From: an uncultured Bdellovibrionales bacterium
GTDB taxonomy: Bacteria > Patescibacteriota > Minisyncoccia > Moranbacterales > UBA2206
DNA length: 62,342 nucleotides
Direction: 5' to 3'
Assembly (NCBI GenBank): GCA_964406815.1
Contig: CAYOTC010000004.1
Coordinates: 1-62,342 of the forward strand
Made by a program: the position numbers and the translations under genes. Position 1 is the stretch's first letter; every line of letters starts with the position of its first letter. Below the pieces are notes generated by a model. The model searched no databases. It saw nothing but the letters and a program-made list of their open reading frames with translations, and was not told where the DNA came from. Of this stretch, positions 38,198 through 48,959 are shown piece by piece.

Positions 38198-38487
38198 CAT
38201 TTTCGCAGCAACGGAATTATATTTCTCTTTATCGATTCGAATCGATCAAAAATAATCATGCGATCATTTTCAGTTTTGGTTAATAGAATAGCCTTTTTAA
38301 AAACTTTGCTAGGCTTAATTTTAAGTCCATACCATAGGATAATTTCCCATGCATCCAAAATCTCATTTGCTTCGGATGCTAAGCCCCATAGATTCCAGAG
38401 ATATTTTTTAATATTCTCTGGTTTCATTTTTTCACTATCAACCGAAAACAAGAACTTTTTCGAATGAAACTCATTTAAAGTTTCCAA
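38197..38487 (-). CDS. orphan hypothetical protein, the only reverse-strand gene in the first 52 kb
   Basis: 96 aa. TTG start preceded by a strong Shine-Dalgarno sequence (AAGGAGGT, 9-nt spacing). Trp-rich, with no TM segment. Confidence 0.55.
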   Translation of the reverse strand: METLNEFHSKKFLFSVDSEKMKPENIKKYLWNLWGLASEANEILDAWEIILWYGLKIKPSKVFKKAILLTKTENDRMIIFDRFESIKRNIIPLLRK

Positions 38488-38644
38488 TGTTAATTACCTC
38501 CTTTTTGCTAAAAATGTTTAATTATACCTGAATTTTTCAGGATTTTTAGGCTATCATATCTAAATTTGCCTGTCAAATTGACTATATTTTTTATTTTAAG
38601 CACTGATTTTGTAAATTTCTGATATTTCTGCTATTATATTAAAT

Positions 38645-38752
38645 ATGAGTATAAGTAAAAGGAATAAAAAATTTCATAAAATTTGGATAGTTATTTCGCT
38701 TCTTGCTGTTTTGTCGATGGTGGTTTTTTCGGTTGCTCCAGCATTCAATTAG
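38645..38752 (+). CDS. possible 35-aa small membrane protein
   Basis: MSISKRNKKFHKIWIVISLLAVLSMVVFSVAPAFN has a basic N-terminus and one TM helix. TTGTAA-17 nt-TATTAT (38609-38637) ends 7 nt before the ATG. It is short, so coding is uncertain. Confidence 0.3.
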   Translation: MSISKRNKKFHKIWIVISLLAVLSMVVFSVAPAFN

Positions 38753-38772
38753 CATAAAAACCCTTTTTGCTT

Positions 38773-39177
38773 ATGAATAAGGGCAATTTAAAAAAAGGCG
38801 GATCGTTCGTTTTGAAAGCGGTTATTTTTGTCGGAGTAGTGGCAATTATTGCTGTTTCTTTGGCAATTTTCAAAGAAACAAAAAAGAAGAAAGAAATTCA
38901 AAATGAGATAAATGAACTGCAAAAACAGGCGGAGAAAATAAGACGTGAGAATGCGGTTCTTTCAGATAAGATTGCTTATTTTAATAGTCGGGATTATCAA
39001 GAAAAAGAAGCAAAAGATAAGTTGAATTTGCAAAGCTATGGCGAGAAAGTAGTTGTTTTAGAAAAAGAGGCTAATGAAAATCGTGAAAAAACAATTGAAG
39101 AAAAGGATAGCGTTCAAGAAATAATTATTCAAACTTCTAATGTGCGGAATTGGTGGGATTATTTTTTCAAATACTAA
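38773..39177 (+). CDS. septum formation initiator (FtsB/DivIC-like)
   Basis: TM helix followed by a coiled coil (EINELQKQAEKIRRENAVLSDKIAYFNSRDYQEKEAKDKLNL), typical of FtsB/DivIC. The ATG at 38773 is preferred over the TTG at 38767. Confidence 0.6.
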   Translation: MNKGNLKKGGSFVLKAVIFVGVVAIIAVSLAIFKETKKKKEIQNEINELQKQAEKIRRENAVLSDKIAYFNSRDYQEKEAKDKLNLQSYGEKVVVLEKEANENREKTIEEKDSVQEIIIQTSNVRNWWDYFFKY

Positions 39178-39192
39178 TTTGCGAGTAAGTAT

Positions 39193-40242
39193 ATGAATTA
39201 TAAGGATAGTGAAAAAGATATAAAATGGAGAACAGTTGTTTTTGGAATAGTCGCAGTCGTATTTTTGTATATGGTTGTTTCTGGAATTTTAGTTTACGGA
39301 CTTGGTCTTAATAACCGTCTGACCAATTTGACATCCGGAATCATTCCTTACCCAGCGGCTTTTTGGGGTTCTGATATGGTGAGACTAGGCACGCTTGAAA
39401 AAAAAGTGGCAGCTTCAAAAAGATTTTATGAAAATCAGAATTTTGGAGAGATTGGGATCCGGATAGATTTTTCAACTGAAGACGGAAAAAAACGTTTAAA
39501 AATAAAGGAAAAAAATATTCTTAACAAAATGATTGAAGAGAAGATTATTGAAAAGGAAGCCAATCGGCGCGGTATTGTTTTTTCCAAGGAAGATATTTCA
39601 AATGAAGTTGAAAAAAAGCTTAAGGAATATGGCACAGATAAAAATCTTAAGGAAAATATGGAGAGGCTTTATGGCTGGGATATGGATGACTTCAAAGAAT
39701 ATATCGTGAAGCCTTATTTATACGAAGAAAAACTTTCAAAAGATATTCAATCCACTCATCCTAATAATGCGAAAGCCAAAGAAAAAATAGAAGAAGCTTT
39801 AGGAGATATTTCGATTAATAATGATTTTGAAAAAGTGGCAGAAAAATACTCAGAAGGGGAAAGCGGCAAAAATAGGGGGAAAATCGGCTGGATAGAGGAA
39901 GATCAGATGCTTCCTGAAATAGCGCAGGATGTGTTTTCTACAGAAAAGGGTAAAATAACCGGAATAATCAATAGCCGTATTGGTTATCATATAGTTAAAA
40001 TAAATGATTTGAAAGATGAAAATGGAATCCGAAGAGCGGATATCAGTCAGATTTTTGTTAAAACATACGGACTTCCGGAATGGTTGGTTGATTATGAAAA
40101 AAATTTAAATATCCATATCCCGCTTAAAGATTTCTATTGGAATAATGAAAAATCAGAAGTAGATTTTCAAATTCAGTCTCTTAAAGAATTTGAAAAAAAT
40201 CTTTTGAAAAATTACTCAGATGATTTGTCGGTATTTTTTTAA
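39193..40242 (+). CDS. membrane-anchored PpiC-type peptidyl-prolyl isomerase (PrsA/SurA-like)
   Basis: 349 aa. TM anchor and a parvulin core FEKVAEKYSEGESGKNRGKIGWI...IGYHIVKIND. Confidence 0.75.
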   Translation: MNYKDSEKDIKWRTVVFGIVAVVFLYMVVSGILVYGLGLNNRLTNLTSGIIPYPAAFWGSDMVRLGTLEKKVAASKRFYENQNFGEIGIRIDFSTEDGKKRLKIKEKNILNKMIEEKIIEKEANRRGIVFSKEDISNEVEKKLKEYGTDKNLKENMERLYGWDMDDFKEYIVKPYLYEEKLSKDIQSTHPNNAKAKEKIEEALGDISINNDFEKVAEKYSEGESGKNRGKIGWIEEDQMLPEIAQDVFSTEKGKITGIINSRIGYHIVKINDLKDENGIRRADISQIFVKTYGLPEWLVDYEKNLNIHIPLKDFYWNNEKSEVDFQIQSLKEFEKNLLKNYSDDLSVFF

Positions 40243-40309
40243 TTTTTTTTAAAAAACGGCTAGACGTTGTTTTTTTGCAATAAATAGCTACGTTTATCCG
40301 TATAAAATT

Positions 40310-40492
40310 ATGTTAAAACCAAAGGTTAATGAAGATCTTTGCATTGGATGCGGAACCTGCGAGTCAATGTGTCCAAAAGTTTTTAAGATCAATGAAAATG
40401 GAAAATCTCAAGTTATCGCAGACGATTGTGAAGATTGTAACTTGGATGATGTGATAAATAGTTGTCCCGTAAGCGCCATTTCGATGGAATAA
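40310..40492 (+). CDS. small ferredoxin (single [4Fe-4S]/[3Fe-4S] type)
   Basis: 60 aa. CIGCGTCESMCP ... SCPVSAI. Confidence 0.8.
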   Translation: MLKPKVNEDLCIGCGTCESMCPKVFKINENGKSQVIADDCEDCNLDDVINSCPVSAISME

Positions 40493-40537
40493 CATTCTTA
40501 TTGGTTTAATTTGGATAAATAATTTTGGAAAATTATT

Positions 40538-40564
40538 CCTGTTCTTTGGCTTCCAAGGAACAGG
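40538..40564 (+). other. strong hairpin after the ferredoxin gene (no T-run)
   Basis: 12-bp stem cctgttctttgg / ccaaggaacagg with one G-U pair and a 3-nt loop. Confidence 0.5.
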
Positions 40565-40645
40565 TGAAGTTAAGCCAAAATAAAATTAAAATTAACCGTT
40601 TGATGTCATATCTTAAAAACAGGCGTCTTTCGGGGGAATAAATAT

Positions 40646-42001
40646 ATGGAAAATTTAGATCCGAAAATGGAAGAAAATATTTCTTCCAAGGAAACGAATA
40701 ATAACAAAACAGAAAAGCCAGTCCCAATTATTGTCAAGAAGCCGGGAGGATGGAAAATTGTATTATCTTCAATAATTTTGGCAATAATATTTTCGATTAT
40801 TTTCGGGGCAACTGCCGGTTTTATTTTTGGAGGATTGGGGTCGGCCTTTTCTTCGAAAATAACTGGATTTATGGGAAGAAATAATATTGGATGGAAAGCG
40901 GGGAATATTTCGAGTGATTCGATAAGGCAGAAACTTATTGATGAAGATACGGCTGTAATCGATGTTGTCAGCAAATCTTCACCAGCGGTGGTTAGTATAG
41001 TGATTAGCAAGGATGTTTCAAAATTGCAAGATTCATATTCTAATTTTTTTGGATTTGATGATTTCTTTGATGATTTTTTTGGCAATGGAAATTCTTCTGA
41101 GTCGCAAGATGAAAATAACGAAAGTGGAAATGAAAAAACCAAGATAGGAAGCGGGACAGGATTTCTTATTACTTCAGACGGGATGATAGTTACCAATAAA
41201 CATGTTATTTCGGATGAAAATGCGGAATATTCCGTAATTACAAATGATGGAAAGGAATATCCGGCTAAGGTTCTAGCTAAGGATCAAGTTAATGATATCG
41301 CAGTTATTAAGATAAGCGGAGCTGATTTTCCTGTGCTTAATTTCGGAAATTCCGATTCATTGAAAATCGGTCAAACAGTTATTGCAATCGGGAATTCTTT
41401 AGGGGAATTTTCCAATACTGTTAGTAAGGGAATAATTTCAGGACTCAAAAGAAGCGTAACAGCGGGAAGCAAGTTTGGGGAAACTGAAAGGCTTAATAAT
41501 ATAATCCAGACAGATGCGGCAATTAATCCGGGAAATTCCGGCGGACCACTGCTTAATGTTAATGGAGAAGTGATTGGGATAAATGTCGCCATGGCTCAGG
41601 GAGCACAAAGTATCGGTTTTGCTATTCCTTCTTCTCAGATAGAAAAAATAATAAACCAAGTTAAGACGACGGGAAAAATTTCTACGCCATATTTGGGTGT
41701 CCGCTATATTCCTGTGACGACTGCAATTCAAAAATCCATAAATCTTCCTTATAACTACGGGGTTTTGGTTGTAAGAGGAAATCGTGTGACTGATTTTGCC
41801 GTTATTCCCGGATCGCCAGCAGATAAAGCCGGAATAGTGGAAAATGATTTGATTTTGGAAATAAATGGGGATAAGATTGACAGCAAAAACGGTCTCTTGG
41901 AATTAATTTCAAAATATAATGTCGGAGAAGAGCTTACACTTAAAGTTTGGCACAAGGGAGATTTGAAAGATATTAAAGTGAAATTAGAGGAAAGGAGATA
42001 A
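40646..42001 (+). CDS. htrA: HtrA/DegP-family serine protease with a PDZ domain
   Basis: 451 aa with an N-terminal TM helix. The catalytic triad contexts are intact: [25 protein letters not shown]-terminal PDZ domain follows. Confidence 0.85.
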   Translation: MENLDPKMEENISSKETNNNKTEKPVPIIVKKPGGWKIVLSSIILAIIFSIIFGATAGFIFGGLGSAFSSKITGFMGRNNIGWKAGNISSDSIRQKLIDEDTAVIDVVSKSSPAVVSIVISKDVSKLQDSYSNFFGFDDFFDDFFGNGNSSESQDENNESGNEKTKIGSGTGFLITSDGMIVTNKHVISDENAEYSVITNDGKEYPAKVLAKDQVNDIAVIKISGADFPVLNFGNSDSLKIGQTVIAIGNSLGEFSNTVSKGIISGLKRSVTAGSKFGETERLNNIIQTDAAINPGNSGGPLLNVNGEVIGINVAMAQGAQSIGFAIPSSQIEKIINQVKTTGKISTPYLGVRYIPVTTAIQKSINLPYNYGVLVVRGNRVTDFAVIPGSPADKAGIVENDLILEINGDKIDSKNGLLELISKYNVGEELTLKVWHKGDLKDIKVKLEERR

Positions 42002-42020
42002 AGATTATTTTTCACAATTT

Positions 42021-44630
42021 ATGGATCTCAACAGGCTGACAACTAAATCTCAAGATGCTTTGCGTAATTCTCAGGAATTGGCAATAATGAATGAACAACA
42101 ACAAGTAGATGTTTTCCATTTGTTGTATTCTTTGCTTTCTCAGGATGAATCGATTGTTCCTATTATGATAAAAAAATTGGAAATAGATTTGGAAAAAATA
42201 AAAAACGAAGTTCTTAGAGAGGTTATGAATTATCCGAAACTGAATAAGGGTATAATCGGCCAAATATTCATATCGCCCGAACTTATAATGGTTCTTAATA
42301 AAGCCGAAGAAGAAGCAAAACGAATCGGTGACGATTATGTTTCCACTGAACATCTTTTTCTTTCTATCCTTCTCAATGCAAAGGCCAAAAATTTCATGGA
42401 AATCCATAAATTGCAATATGAAAAAGTTGTTAAAGTCATGTCAGAAATTCGTGGAACTCAGAAAGTTGATAATCCCAACCCGGAAAATAAATTACAAGTG
42501 CTGGAAAAATATACGATAAATCTGACTCAGCTAGCTCGCGATAAAAAGCTAGATCCAGTCATCGGAAGAGATAATGAAATAAGGCGTTTGATGCAAGTTT
42601 TGAGTCGTCGGACTAAAAATAATCCCGTGCTTATCGGTGAGGCAGGAACGGGAAAAACGGCTATTGTTGAAGGATTGGCTCAAAGAATTGCAGATGGCGA
42701 TGTTCCGGAAACTATAAAAGATAAGATATTGATGTCTTTGGATCTGGGTTCGCTTTTGGCGGGAACAAAATTTCGCGGAGAATTCGAAGAGCGTCTCAAA
42801 GCGATAATTAACGAAGTTGATCGGGCGGCAGGAAAATATATTCTTTTTATCGATGAGTTGCATACTTTAGTTGGAGCGGGAGCAATTGAAGGAGCGTTGG
42901 ATGCTTCTAATATGCTAAAGCCAGCCTTATCCAGAGGAAGGCTCAGAATGATAGGCGCCACAACTACCAAGGAATATCAAAAATACATAGAAAAAGACGC
43001 AGCACTTGAGCGCAGATTCCAACCGATAATTGTCGGAGAGCCGTCAATTGAAGATACGATTGCAATTTTGCGCGGGCTAAAAGAACGATATGAAGTTCAT
43101 CACGGAGTAAAAATTACCGATGCGGCGATTCGGGAAGCGGCTATTCTTTCGGATCGCTATATAACTGACAGATTCTTGCCGGATAAAGCGGTGGATCTTA
43201 TCGATGAAGCGACTTCAGCGCTTCGGATAGAAATTGATTCAATGCCGGCGGAAGTTGATTTGGCGGAAAGACTCATTCGAAGAATGGAAATCGAGAAAAA
43301 GGCTTTAGAGAAGGAAAAAGACAAAGACTCAAAAAAGAAATTAAAAGAGCTTAATAAAAAGCTTTCGGATATTAAAGAAAAAGAAGGTCAGCTTCTTTTG
43401 CAATGGAAAGCAGAGAAGGATTTGATAACTAAAATAAGAAAGCATTCCGAAGAAATAGATAAGTTGAAAGTTCAGGCGGAAATTTCCGAAAGAAAAATGG
43501 AACTTGATAAGGTGGCAGAGATTCGTTATGGTCTTGTTCCCGAATTGGAAAAAAAGATAAAAAGCGAAAAAAGGAAACTGGACAATATTCAAAGCAAAAA
43601 TGCAATTCTTAAGGAAGAGGTTACTGAGGAGGATATTGCCAAAGTTGTTTCAAGATGGACTGGCATTCCGACTTCAAAAATCTTAGAGAGTGAAGTGATG
43701 AAATTGGTGAAAATGGAAGAAGAAATCGGGAAAAGGGTGGTTGGTCAGGAGGAATCAATAAAAGCTGTATCTAATGCTATTCGTCGTTCTCGATCTGGAA
43801 TTTCCGAGGTTCATCGTCCAATCGGTTCTTTTATTTTTCTGGGTCCAACCGGAGTGGGAAAAACCGAGTTGGCTAAAGCTTTGGCAGAGTTCCTTTTTAA
43901 TGATGAGAAAGCGATGATTAGAATTGATATGAGTGAATATATGGAATCGCATAGCGTTTCAAAAATGATTGGTTCTCCGCCGGGATATATCGGATATGAA
44001 GAAGGGGGACAACTGACAGAATTGGTCCGTCGAAAACCTTATTCAGTTATACTTCTGGATGAAATAGAGAAAGCTCACCCGCAGGTTTTTAATTTATTGC
44101 TTCAGATACTGGATGAAGGACGGCTAGCCGATTCAAAGGGGAGAAGTGTGAATTTTAAAAACACCGTTATCATAATGACTTCCAATCTCGGCTCGGAAAT
44201 AATTTTCAGAGGGAATCTTGGTTTTAGCGGCGGAGATGGTCAAGAAACATTAAACGAGTCTGAAATGAAGGAAAAAGTAATGACAGCTCTTCGTGATAGT
44301 TTTAAGCCGGAATTTCTTAATCGGATGGATGAAGTAATAATTTTTCATCCGATAAACCGAAATATGCTCGAGAAAATTGTTGAGATTCAACTTAAAGAAA
44401 TAGGGGATCGGTTGGAAAGAAAAAATATTAAAATAAAGATATCCAAGAAAGCTAAGGAATTTATCGGAAAGAAGGGTTTTGATCCGGCTTTCGGAGCAAG
44501 ACCATTGAAACGGGTCATTCAAAATGAAATAATGGATGAGTTGGCGCTTTTGATTATTGAAAAAAAGATAAAAGAAGGAGATAGCGTCAGAATTGATGAA
44601 GAAAAAGAAAAACTCAAATTTGAGTATTAA
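42021..44630 (+). CDS. clpB: ATP-dependent chaperone ClpB
   Basis: 869 aa. Clp N-domain, two AAA+ modules ([15 protein letters not shown] and [15 protein letters not shown]), and a long middle coiled coil. Confidence 0.92.
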   Translation: MDLNRLTTKSQDALRNSQELAIMNEQQQVDVFHLLYSLLSQDESIVPIMIKKLEIDLEKIKNEVLREVMNYPKLNKGIIGQIFISPELIMVLNKAEEEAKRIGDDYVSTEHLFLSILLNAKAKNFMEIHKLQYEKVVKVMSEIRGTQKVDNPNPENKLQVLEKYTINLTQLARDKKLDPVIGRDNEIRRLMQVLSRRTKNNPVLIGEAGTGKTAIVEGLAQRIADGDVPETIKDKILMSLDLGSLLAGTKFRGEFEERLKAIINEVDRAAGKYILFIDELHTLVGAGAIEGALDASNMLKPALSRGRLRMIGATTTKEYQKYIEKDAALERRFQPIIVGEPSIEDTIAILRGLKERYEVHHGVKITDAAIREAAILSDRYITDRFLPDKAVDLIDEATSALRIEIDSMPAEVDLAERLIRRMEIEKKALEKEKDKDSKKKLKELNKKLSDIKEKEGQLLLQWKAEKDLITKIRKHSEEIDKLKVQAEISERKMELDKVAEIRYGLVPELEKKIKSEKRKLDNIQSKNAILKEEVTEEDIAKVVSRWTGIPTSKILESEVMKLVKMEEEIGKRVVGQEESIKAVSNAIRRSRSGISEVHRPIGSFIFLGPTGVGKTELAKALAEFLFNDEKAMIRIDMSEYMESHSVSKMIGSPPGYIGYEEGGQLTELVRRKPYSVILLDEIEKAHPQVFNLLLQILDEGRLADSKGRSVNFKNTVIIMTSNLGSEIIFRGNLGFSGGDGQETLNESEMKEKVMTALRDSFKPEFLNRMDEVIIFHPINRNMLEKIVEIQLKEIGDRLERKNIKIKISKKAKEFIGKKGFDPAFGARPLKRVIQNEIMDELALLIIEKKIKEGDSVRIDEEKEKLKFEY

Positions 44631-44678
44631 AATTGATAAAGGTAAAAATCAGTCAATAAATTAATCCAAGAATCAAAG

Positions 44679-45419
44679 ATGTTTCTAAAACTTCAATCAT
44701 TTATCTATACTGTTATTTTTTTGTTTGGCTTGGAGCTTATTATTTTCCGACCATCTTGGGTTTTTTGGGTTTTGATTTTTCTCGTTATTCTTTCGCTTCA
44801 AGATGGCTTTGGAATGGGAAAAAAATGGCGTTTTGTTATATTGCCGATGTTTTGCTCCATTTCATCAGTTAATCTGCTTTACCTCGTTTCCATATTTTTT
44901 GAACAGCAAATATTCATTCTCATATCATCCTTGATGTATTATTTTTCTCTTTTTAGCGCTTCACGTCTTCGGAAATATGAGCTTGATCAAACGGCTCGTG
45001 GGATGAATATGGCGGCGGCGATGGCAACAATATTTTTCACTTACGCCGGAGTTTATGGGCTATATATTAATTTTTCTGTTCCTCTATATTGGTTAATGTT
45101 GTCTTTTCTTATTGTCACGCTTTTTGTCAGCTATCAACATTTTTCAATAATCAGCAATGAAACAAAAAAAATTATTTGGACTTATAGCTTTCTTATTGGT
45201 CTGGCTATGACTGAAATTATTTGGATGATGAGCTATTGGCCTTTTGGATATTTGACTACCGGAGTTATCGCCCTTATACTGTATTATGTGCTTTGGGATA
45301 TTATCCAAAGCCATTTTTTAGGCTTATTGAGTCGGAAGAAAATAATTGCAAATATGATAATTTTTTCCTTTCTTATAGTTTTAGTGCTAATTTCTTCCAA
45401 ATGGTTGCCGATGATTTAG
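44679..45419 (+). CDS. polytopic membrane protein, unknown function
   Basis: 246 aa with about 7 hydrophobic segments and no recognisable motif. Confidence 0.5.
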   Translation: MFLKLQSFIYTVIFLFGLELIIFRPSWVFWVLIFLVILSLQDGFGMGKKWRFVILPMFCSISSVNLLYLVSIFFEQQIFILISSLMYYFSLFSASRLRKYELDQTARGMNMAAAMATIFFTYAGVYGLYINFSVPLYWLMLSFLIVTLFVSYQHFSIISNETKKIIWTYSFLIGLAMTEIIWMMSYWPFGYLTTGVIALILYYVLWDIIQSHFLGLLSRKKIIANMIIFSFLIVLVLISSKWLPMI

Positions 45420-45452
45420 AAATTATTTTAGTTTTATTTTTTAAATTTTTTT

Positions 45453-46619
45453 ATGAAAATTGCAAGAAAAACGTTTATAGTAGTGATTATAATAGTAATA
45501 GGCGGATTGAGCGGAATAGTTGCCGAGCGTTATTTTTTCCCATTTCTTGTTTCGACAAAGTTTTTTTCAAAATTTGAATTTTTGAAAAAATCAATGCAAG
45601 ACGTTACTGTTGTTAATCGTACGGAGCAGGTTTTTGTCAAAGAAGAAACTTCTATAGATAAGATTGCCGGTCAAGTGACTCCTTCGGTTGCCAGTATAAT
45701 CATTTATCGAAATATAGAAACTAAAACCAATACGGCTAAAAAACAATTAATCAAGACGGATTTAACTAGCATTAAAAGCAGCGCCGGAGTCATAATTACC
45801 AATGACGGTCTAATACTCACTTATTTCAATATTCCAAAAATTGATGATTACAAATTTAAGGCTATATTATCCAATGGAAAAACATATGATGCAGAGTTGG
45901 TTGGTTTCGATTCTTATAGTAACCTGGCTTTTCTGAAAGTAGATGAGAGTAATTTGCCGACTATTTCCTTCGGAAATTCGGATGATTCTAAGCCTGGAGA
46001 AAAGCTTATTGCCGTTGGAGGAAATCTTGAAAATTCCGGAAATATCTTCGCTTCAGGGCTTCTTGGCGGATTGAATCCGATATTTAATCTTTTTGAGAAA
46101 CCTGCTTCTTCTTCAGAAAAACTGGAAGGAGTCTTTCAATCGGATTTTTCAAATAGCAAAAATTTGGTTGGTGGTCCGGTTATTGATTATTCCGGTCAAG
46201 TCATCGGTATTACCGGTTCTGTTTTAAGGAATAATGAAACGGAATATTTTCAAATTCCTTCCAATAAGATCAAGATTGTTATTGAAAAACATTTCAGAAA
46301 AGAATTGGGGCAGAATGCTACTCTTGGAGTTCTTTATACTCCGATAACAAAAATATACGCCCTAACCAATGATTTGAAAATTGAAAGCGGAGCATTGATT
46401 TCTCCATATAGTTTTTCATCCGTCCCGTCAGTTGTTCTCAGATCTCCGGCTGATGTTGCCGGTATTAAAATCGGGGATATTATAACGGAAGTTTCCGGTG
46501 AAAAAATAACTGCTGCAAAAAATCTTTCCGATCTGATTTTTCAGTATAAAAAAGGCGATAAGATAAAGCTCAAAATTATCCGCGATGGCAAAGAAATGGA
46601 ACTGGATGTTAATTTATAA
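45453..46619 (+). CDS. HtrA-like protein with all three catalytic residues substituted (pseudoprotease) plus PDZ
   Basis: 388 aa. It aligns with the upstream htrA, but TNKHV becomes TYFNI, DIAVIK becomes NLAFLK, and GNSGGP becomes KNLVGGP. The PDZ region is retained (SPADVAGIKIGDIITEVSGEKI). Confidence 0.7.
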   Translation: MKIARKTFIVVIIIVIGGLSGIVAERYFFPFLVSTKFFSKFEFLKKSMQDVTVVNRTEQVFVKEETSIDKIAGQVTPSVASIIIYRNIETKTNTAKKQLIKTDLTSIKSSAGVIITNDGLILTYFNIPKIDDYKFKAILSNGKTYDAELVGFDSYSNLAFLKVDESNLPTISFGNSDDSKPGEKLIAVGGNLENSGNIFASGLLGGLNPIFNLFEKPASSSEKLEGVFQSDFSNSKNLVGGPVIDYSGQVIGITGSVLRNNETEYFQIPSNKIKIVIEKHFRKELGQNATLGVLYTPITKIYALTNDLKIESGALISPYSFSSVPSVVLRSPADVAGIKIGDIITEVSGEKITAAKNLSDLIFQYKKGDKIKLKIIRDGKEMELDVNL

Positions 46620-46670
46620 TATCCGCTAGAAATATAGAATAAAATTTTTCTTTAGTTTATATAAGTTACA

Positions 46671-46705
46671 AAAATCCCGAAAATAAAGTATTTTTCGGGT
46701 TTTTG
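46671..46705 (+). terminator. rho-independent terminator
   Basis: aaaatcccgaaaa / tttttcgggtttt hairpin with a T-run. Confidence 0.65.
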
Positions 46706-46715
46706 GCTTTTTGTC

Positions 46716-46744
46716 TTGACAAAAAGCCAATTTTCAGGTACACT
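46716..46744 (+). promoter_or_regulatory. candidate promoter TTGACA-17 nt-TACACT
   Basis: The -35 hexamer at 46716-46721 sits inside a perfect palindrome ggctttttgtc..gacaaaaagcc (46705-46728). The -10-like element is at 46739-46744. Confidence 0.4.
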
Positions 46745-46777
46745 ATTAGGTTAATCATGAGGAATCGTACCTGAAAA
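46731..46777 (+). promoter_or_regulatory. 11-bp perfect inverted repeat in the predicted 5' leader
   Basis: ttttcaggtac (46731-46741) pairs with gtacctgaaaa (46767-46777). The loop is 25 nt. Confidence 0.4.
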
Positions 46778-46893
46778 ATTAATGGCTTTATTTTTGGATT
46801 TTTGGGAATAAAAATATCTAAAAATAAGGTTGTTAATGAATGTTCGTTGACAATCTAAAAGGTTACTAAAAATTTTTTATTGGAGGATTCAAG

Positions 46894-47814
46894 ATGGAAA
46901 GAAAGATTGTTGTCATACTGGCTATGGTGATTTTGTTTATTAGCGGTTGCGCTACTAATGGAATCAATGCCAGGATATCTGATCTGGCAATAAATCAACC
47001 TCAGGAGGTGGTTCAAAAAGTGGAAGTTAAAAGGGAACCACCATACTTCATTGGAGTTTATGACATGAATGAAGTAGATGTCGAAAGCGGAAGTTTTCAG
47101 GCTCGGACGGGAATTTTTCCGGAAGGGTTGAAAGCTGAAATGGCTCCCGGTCGCACCACTTGGTACGGCTGGGTAATCGATAACCTTGGCGGTGAGCATT
47201 TGGCTCAGGTGGTTTTTACCCCCTGGGGACAAATGATTACTGATTCCGACGGCAAGGATAAAGTGGCGCTTTTTGCGACAATTATCCTGGATAAGTCTGT
47301 AAAAGGCGGAAAATTAATCGCTTTTTCCACGATGCAGGAATATGTATTTGACCTGTTAGGAGAAAATGGCGATGGAATTCCACTGAATTGGAACAAGTTT
47401 CAGACTGACTATGAATTTCGAAAGGAATTCGTGGAAAAGTATGGAACTGATTTATCCGACCTAAAGGAAGCGGATTATTTTTATCCAGTGGTAAAAAACT
47501 GGAAAAAGTTTTCTGGTCCGGAAGGATTGGTATTTCACAGTCCACTCTCGATCGAGCAGGTCAAGGAAATAGCCAAGATTAATCCTGGCTGCAGTTATTT
47601 CCAAAAACTTGTTTCGGAAGGGAATTGGTTTATTTCTCCGGATCTATATTCAACCGGAATTTCGGCTTTCTTCGACCTTTATCGGGCAGGAAAGTCAAAA
47701 CCAATTGCTTGGAGCAGAGGCTCGACAATCAGTCGGGAGGATATGCTCTATGTCAACAGATACCTCTCGGAAATTGAGAGAATGATAATAACTGAAAACC
47801 TATCATCCAATTAG
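46894..47814 (+). CDS. predicted lipoprotein, unknown function
   Basis: 306 aa. Shine-Dalgarno GGAGG. Signal peptide with a lipobox (LFISGC). Confidence 0.65.
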   Translation: MERKIVVILAMVILFISGCATNGINARISDLAINQPQEVVQKVEVKREPPYFIGVYDMNEVDVESGSFQARTGIFPEGLKAEMAPGRTTWYGWVIDNLGGEHLAQVVFTPWGQMITDSDGKDKVALFATIILDKSVKGGKLIAFSTMQEYVFDLLGENGDGIPLNWNKFQTDYEFRKEFVEKYGTDLSDLKEADYFYPVVKNWKKFSGPEGLVFHSPLSIEQVKEIAKINPGCSYFQKLVSEGNWFISPDLYSTGISAFFDLYRAGKSKPIAWSRGSTISREDMLYVNRYLSEIERMIITENLSSN

Positions 47815-47823
47815 GAGGGTAAG

Positions 47824-48912
47824 ATGAAAAAAATACTGAGTTTTGTCCTTTTTACCGCTATGATTTTTGGAGCTACGATCTGTGGCGCCGAAACATACAC
47901 GGTAAAAAATGGCGATACACTTTCTGGTATTGCTAAGGCTAAGGGGACTAGTGTAGCAGAACTGGTCATGATTAATAAAATCAAAAACCCTAACTTAATT
48001 TTTGTTAGGCAAAAGCTGACAATTCCTGAAAAGGAAACAGTTAGCCAGAAAGCAGTTGTATTAGAAGAAGAGGTTAAAGCTGAAGTTATTACTAAGACCT
48101 CTACCAAGACCTCACAGTCGGAAAAGACGAAGAGGGAAATTATTTTCTCAAACGGCAAAAAGGTTGAAATTGTAAAAACAGCAAAGGAAGAAAAGTCTGA
48201 TAAAAAGGACAATATTTCAATGTTGGAGACTTATGGCCGGGCGATGTTTTCGATTAAGAAGCCTGGTAATCACGATGAAGTGAAAAGCGGAGGAATTTCC
48301 GGCGAAATGATGTATTGGAAGAAAAAAGCCGGATCCCCGACATCTTTGGGAATAGGCCTTTACGGAAACTATTCTGAGTGGGATATGAGCAATTTGCCTA
48401 TCGAAGGAAGTGATTTAAGAATCGTTCCAGAAGTTGGTATTTCAACCTATTCGGATGAGTGGTATGGCCAGCTGAAAGCTCGTTTGGGTTATCAGAAGGC
48501 TGTTACCGAAAGATCTGGCAGGCCTGATGTGAAAAAATCCGGAGTGATTGGCGGGATTTATGCCGATTACCATTATCGGATTAATGACAGTCTGGATGCT
48601 CTGGCAATGCTGGACATCTGGACAGGGGATTTAAACAGTTCCACGGACATTTCTGCTGGCGTAGAAAAAAGTTTCAATAACGGTCTTCGCTGGAGGAACT
48701 TGGTCGGATACGGATTCCGTGATAACGGAGTAAAGGATTTTGCTTTTGCAAAGTCTGAGCTTCGGAAAAAGACCGGAATCGGAACTGTTATTGTTGGAAT
48801 TCAGGGTGGCACTAATCACACGGTTGGTGCTTATGTGGGACTCTCAACAAAAGAGCCGATTGAAAAATGGTACGGAGAAAAACGTGCCGACAAGTTCAAT
48901 TCGGCGGAGTAA
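47824..48912 (+). CDS. secreted LysM-domain protein with a beta-strand-rich C-terminal domain
   Basis: 362 aa. Shine-Dalgarno GGAGGG, 9 nt after the upstream stop. Signal peptide, then a LysM domain ([44 protein letters not shown]), then a K/E/T-rich linker. The last roughly 230 aa contain about 10 segments of alternating hydrophobic pattern. Confidence 0.7.
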   Translation: MKKILSFVLFTAMIFGATICGAETYTVKNGDTLSGIAKAKGTSVAELVMINKIKNPNLIFVRQKLTIPEKETVSQKAVVLEEEVKAEVITKTSTKTSQSEKTKREIIFSNGKKVEIVKTAKEEKSDKKDNISMLETYGRAMFSIKKPGNHDEVKSGGISGEMMYWKKKAGSPTSLGIGLYGNYSEWDMSNLPIEGSDLRIVPEVGISTYSDEWYGQLKARLGYQKAVTERSGRPDVKKSGVIGGIYADYHYRINDSLDALAMLDIWTGDLNSSTDISAGVEKSFNNGLRWRNLVGYGFRDNGVKDFAFAKSELRKKTGIGTVIVGIQGGTNHTVGAYVGLSTKEPIEKWYGEKRADKFNSAE

Positions 48913-48959
48913 CCTTTAACAGAAAGCCATAATAATGGCTTAAGATATAGAACAATTTA

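Noticed and set aside
45221-45577. A 118-aa ORF bridging the membrane-protein gene and the htrA paralog.
   Set aside because: It overlaps both better-supported genes out of frame and has no start context or motif.
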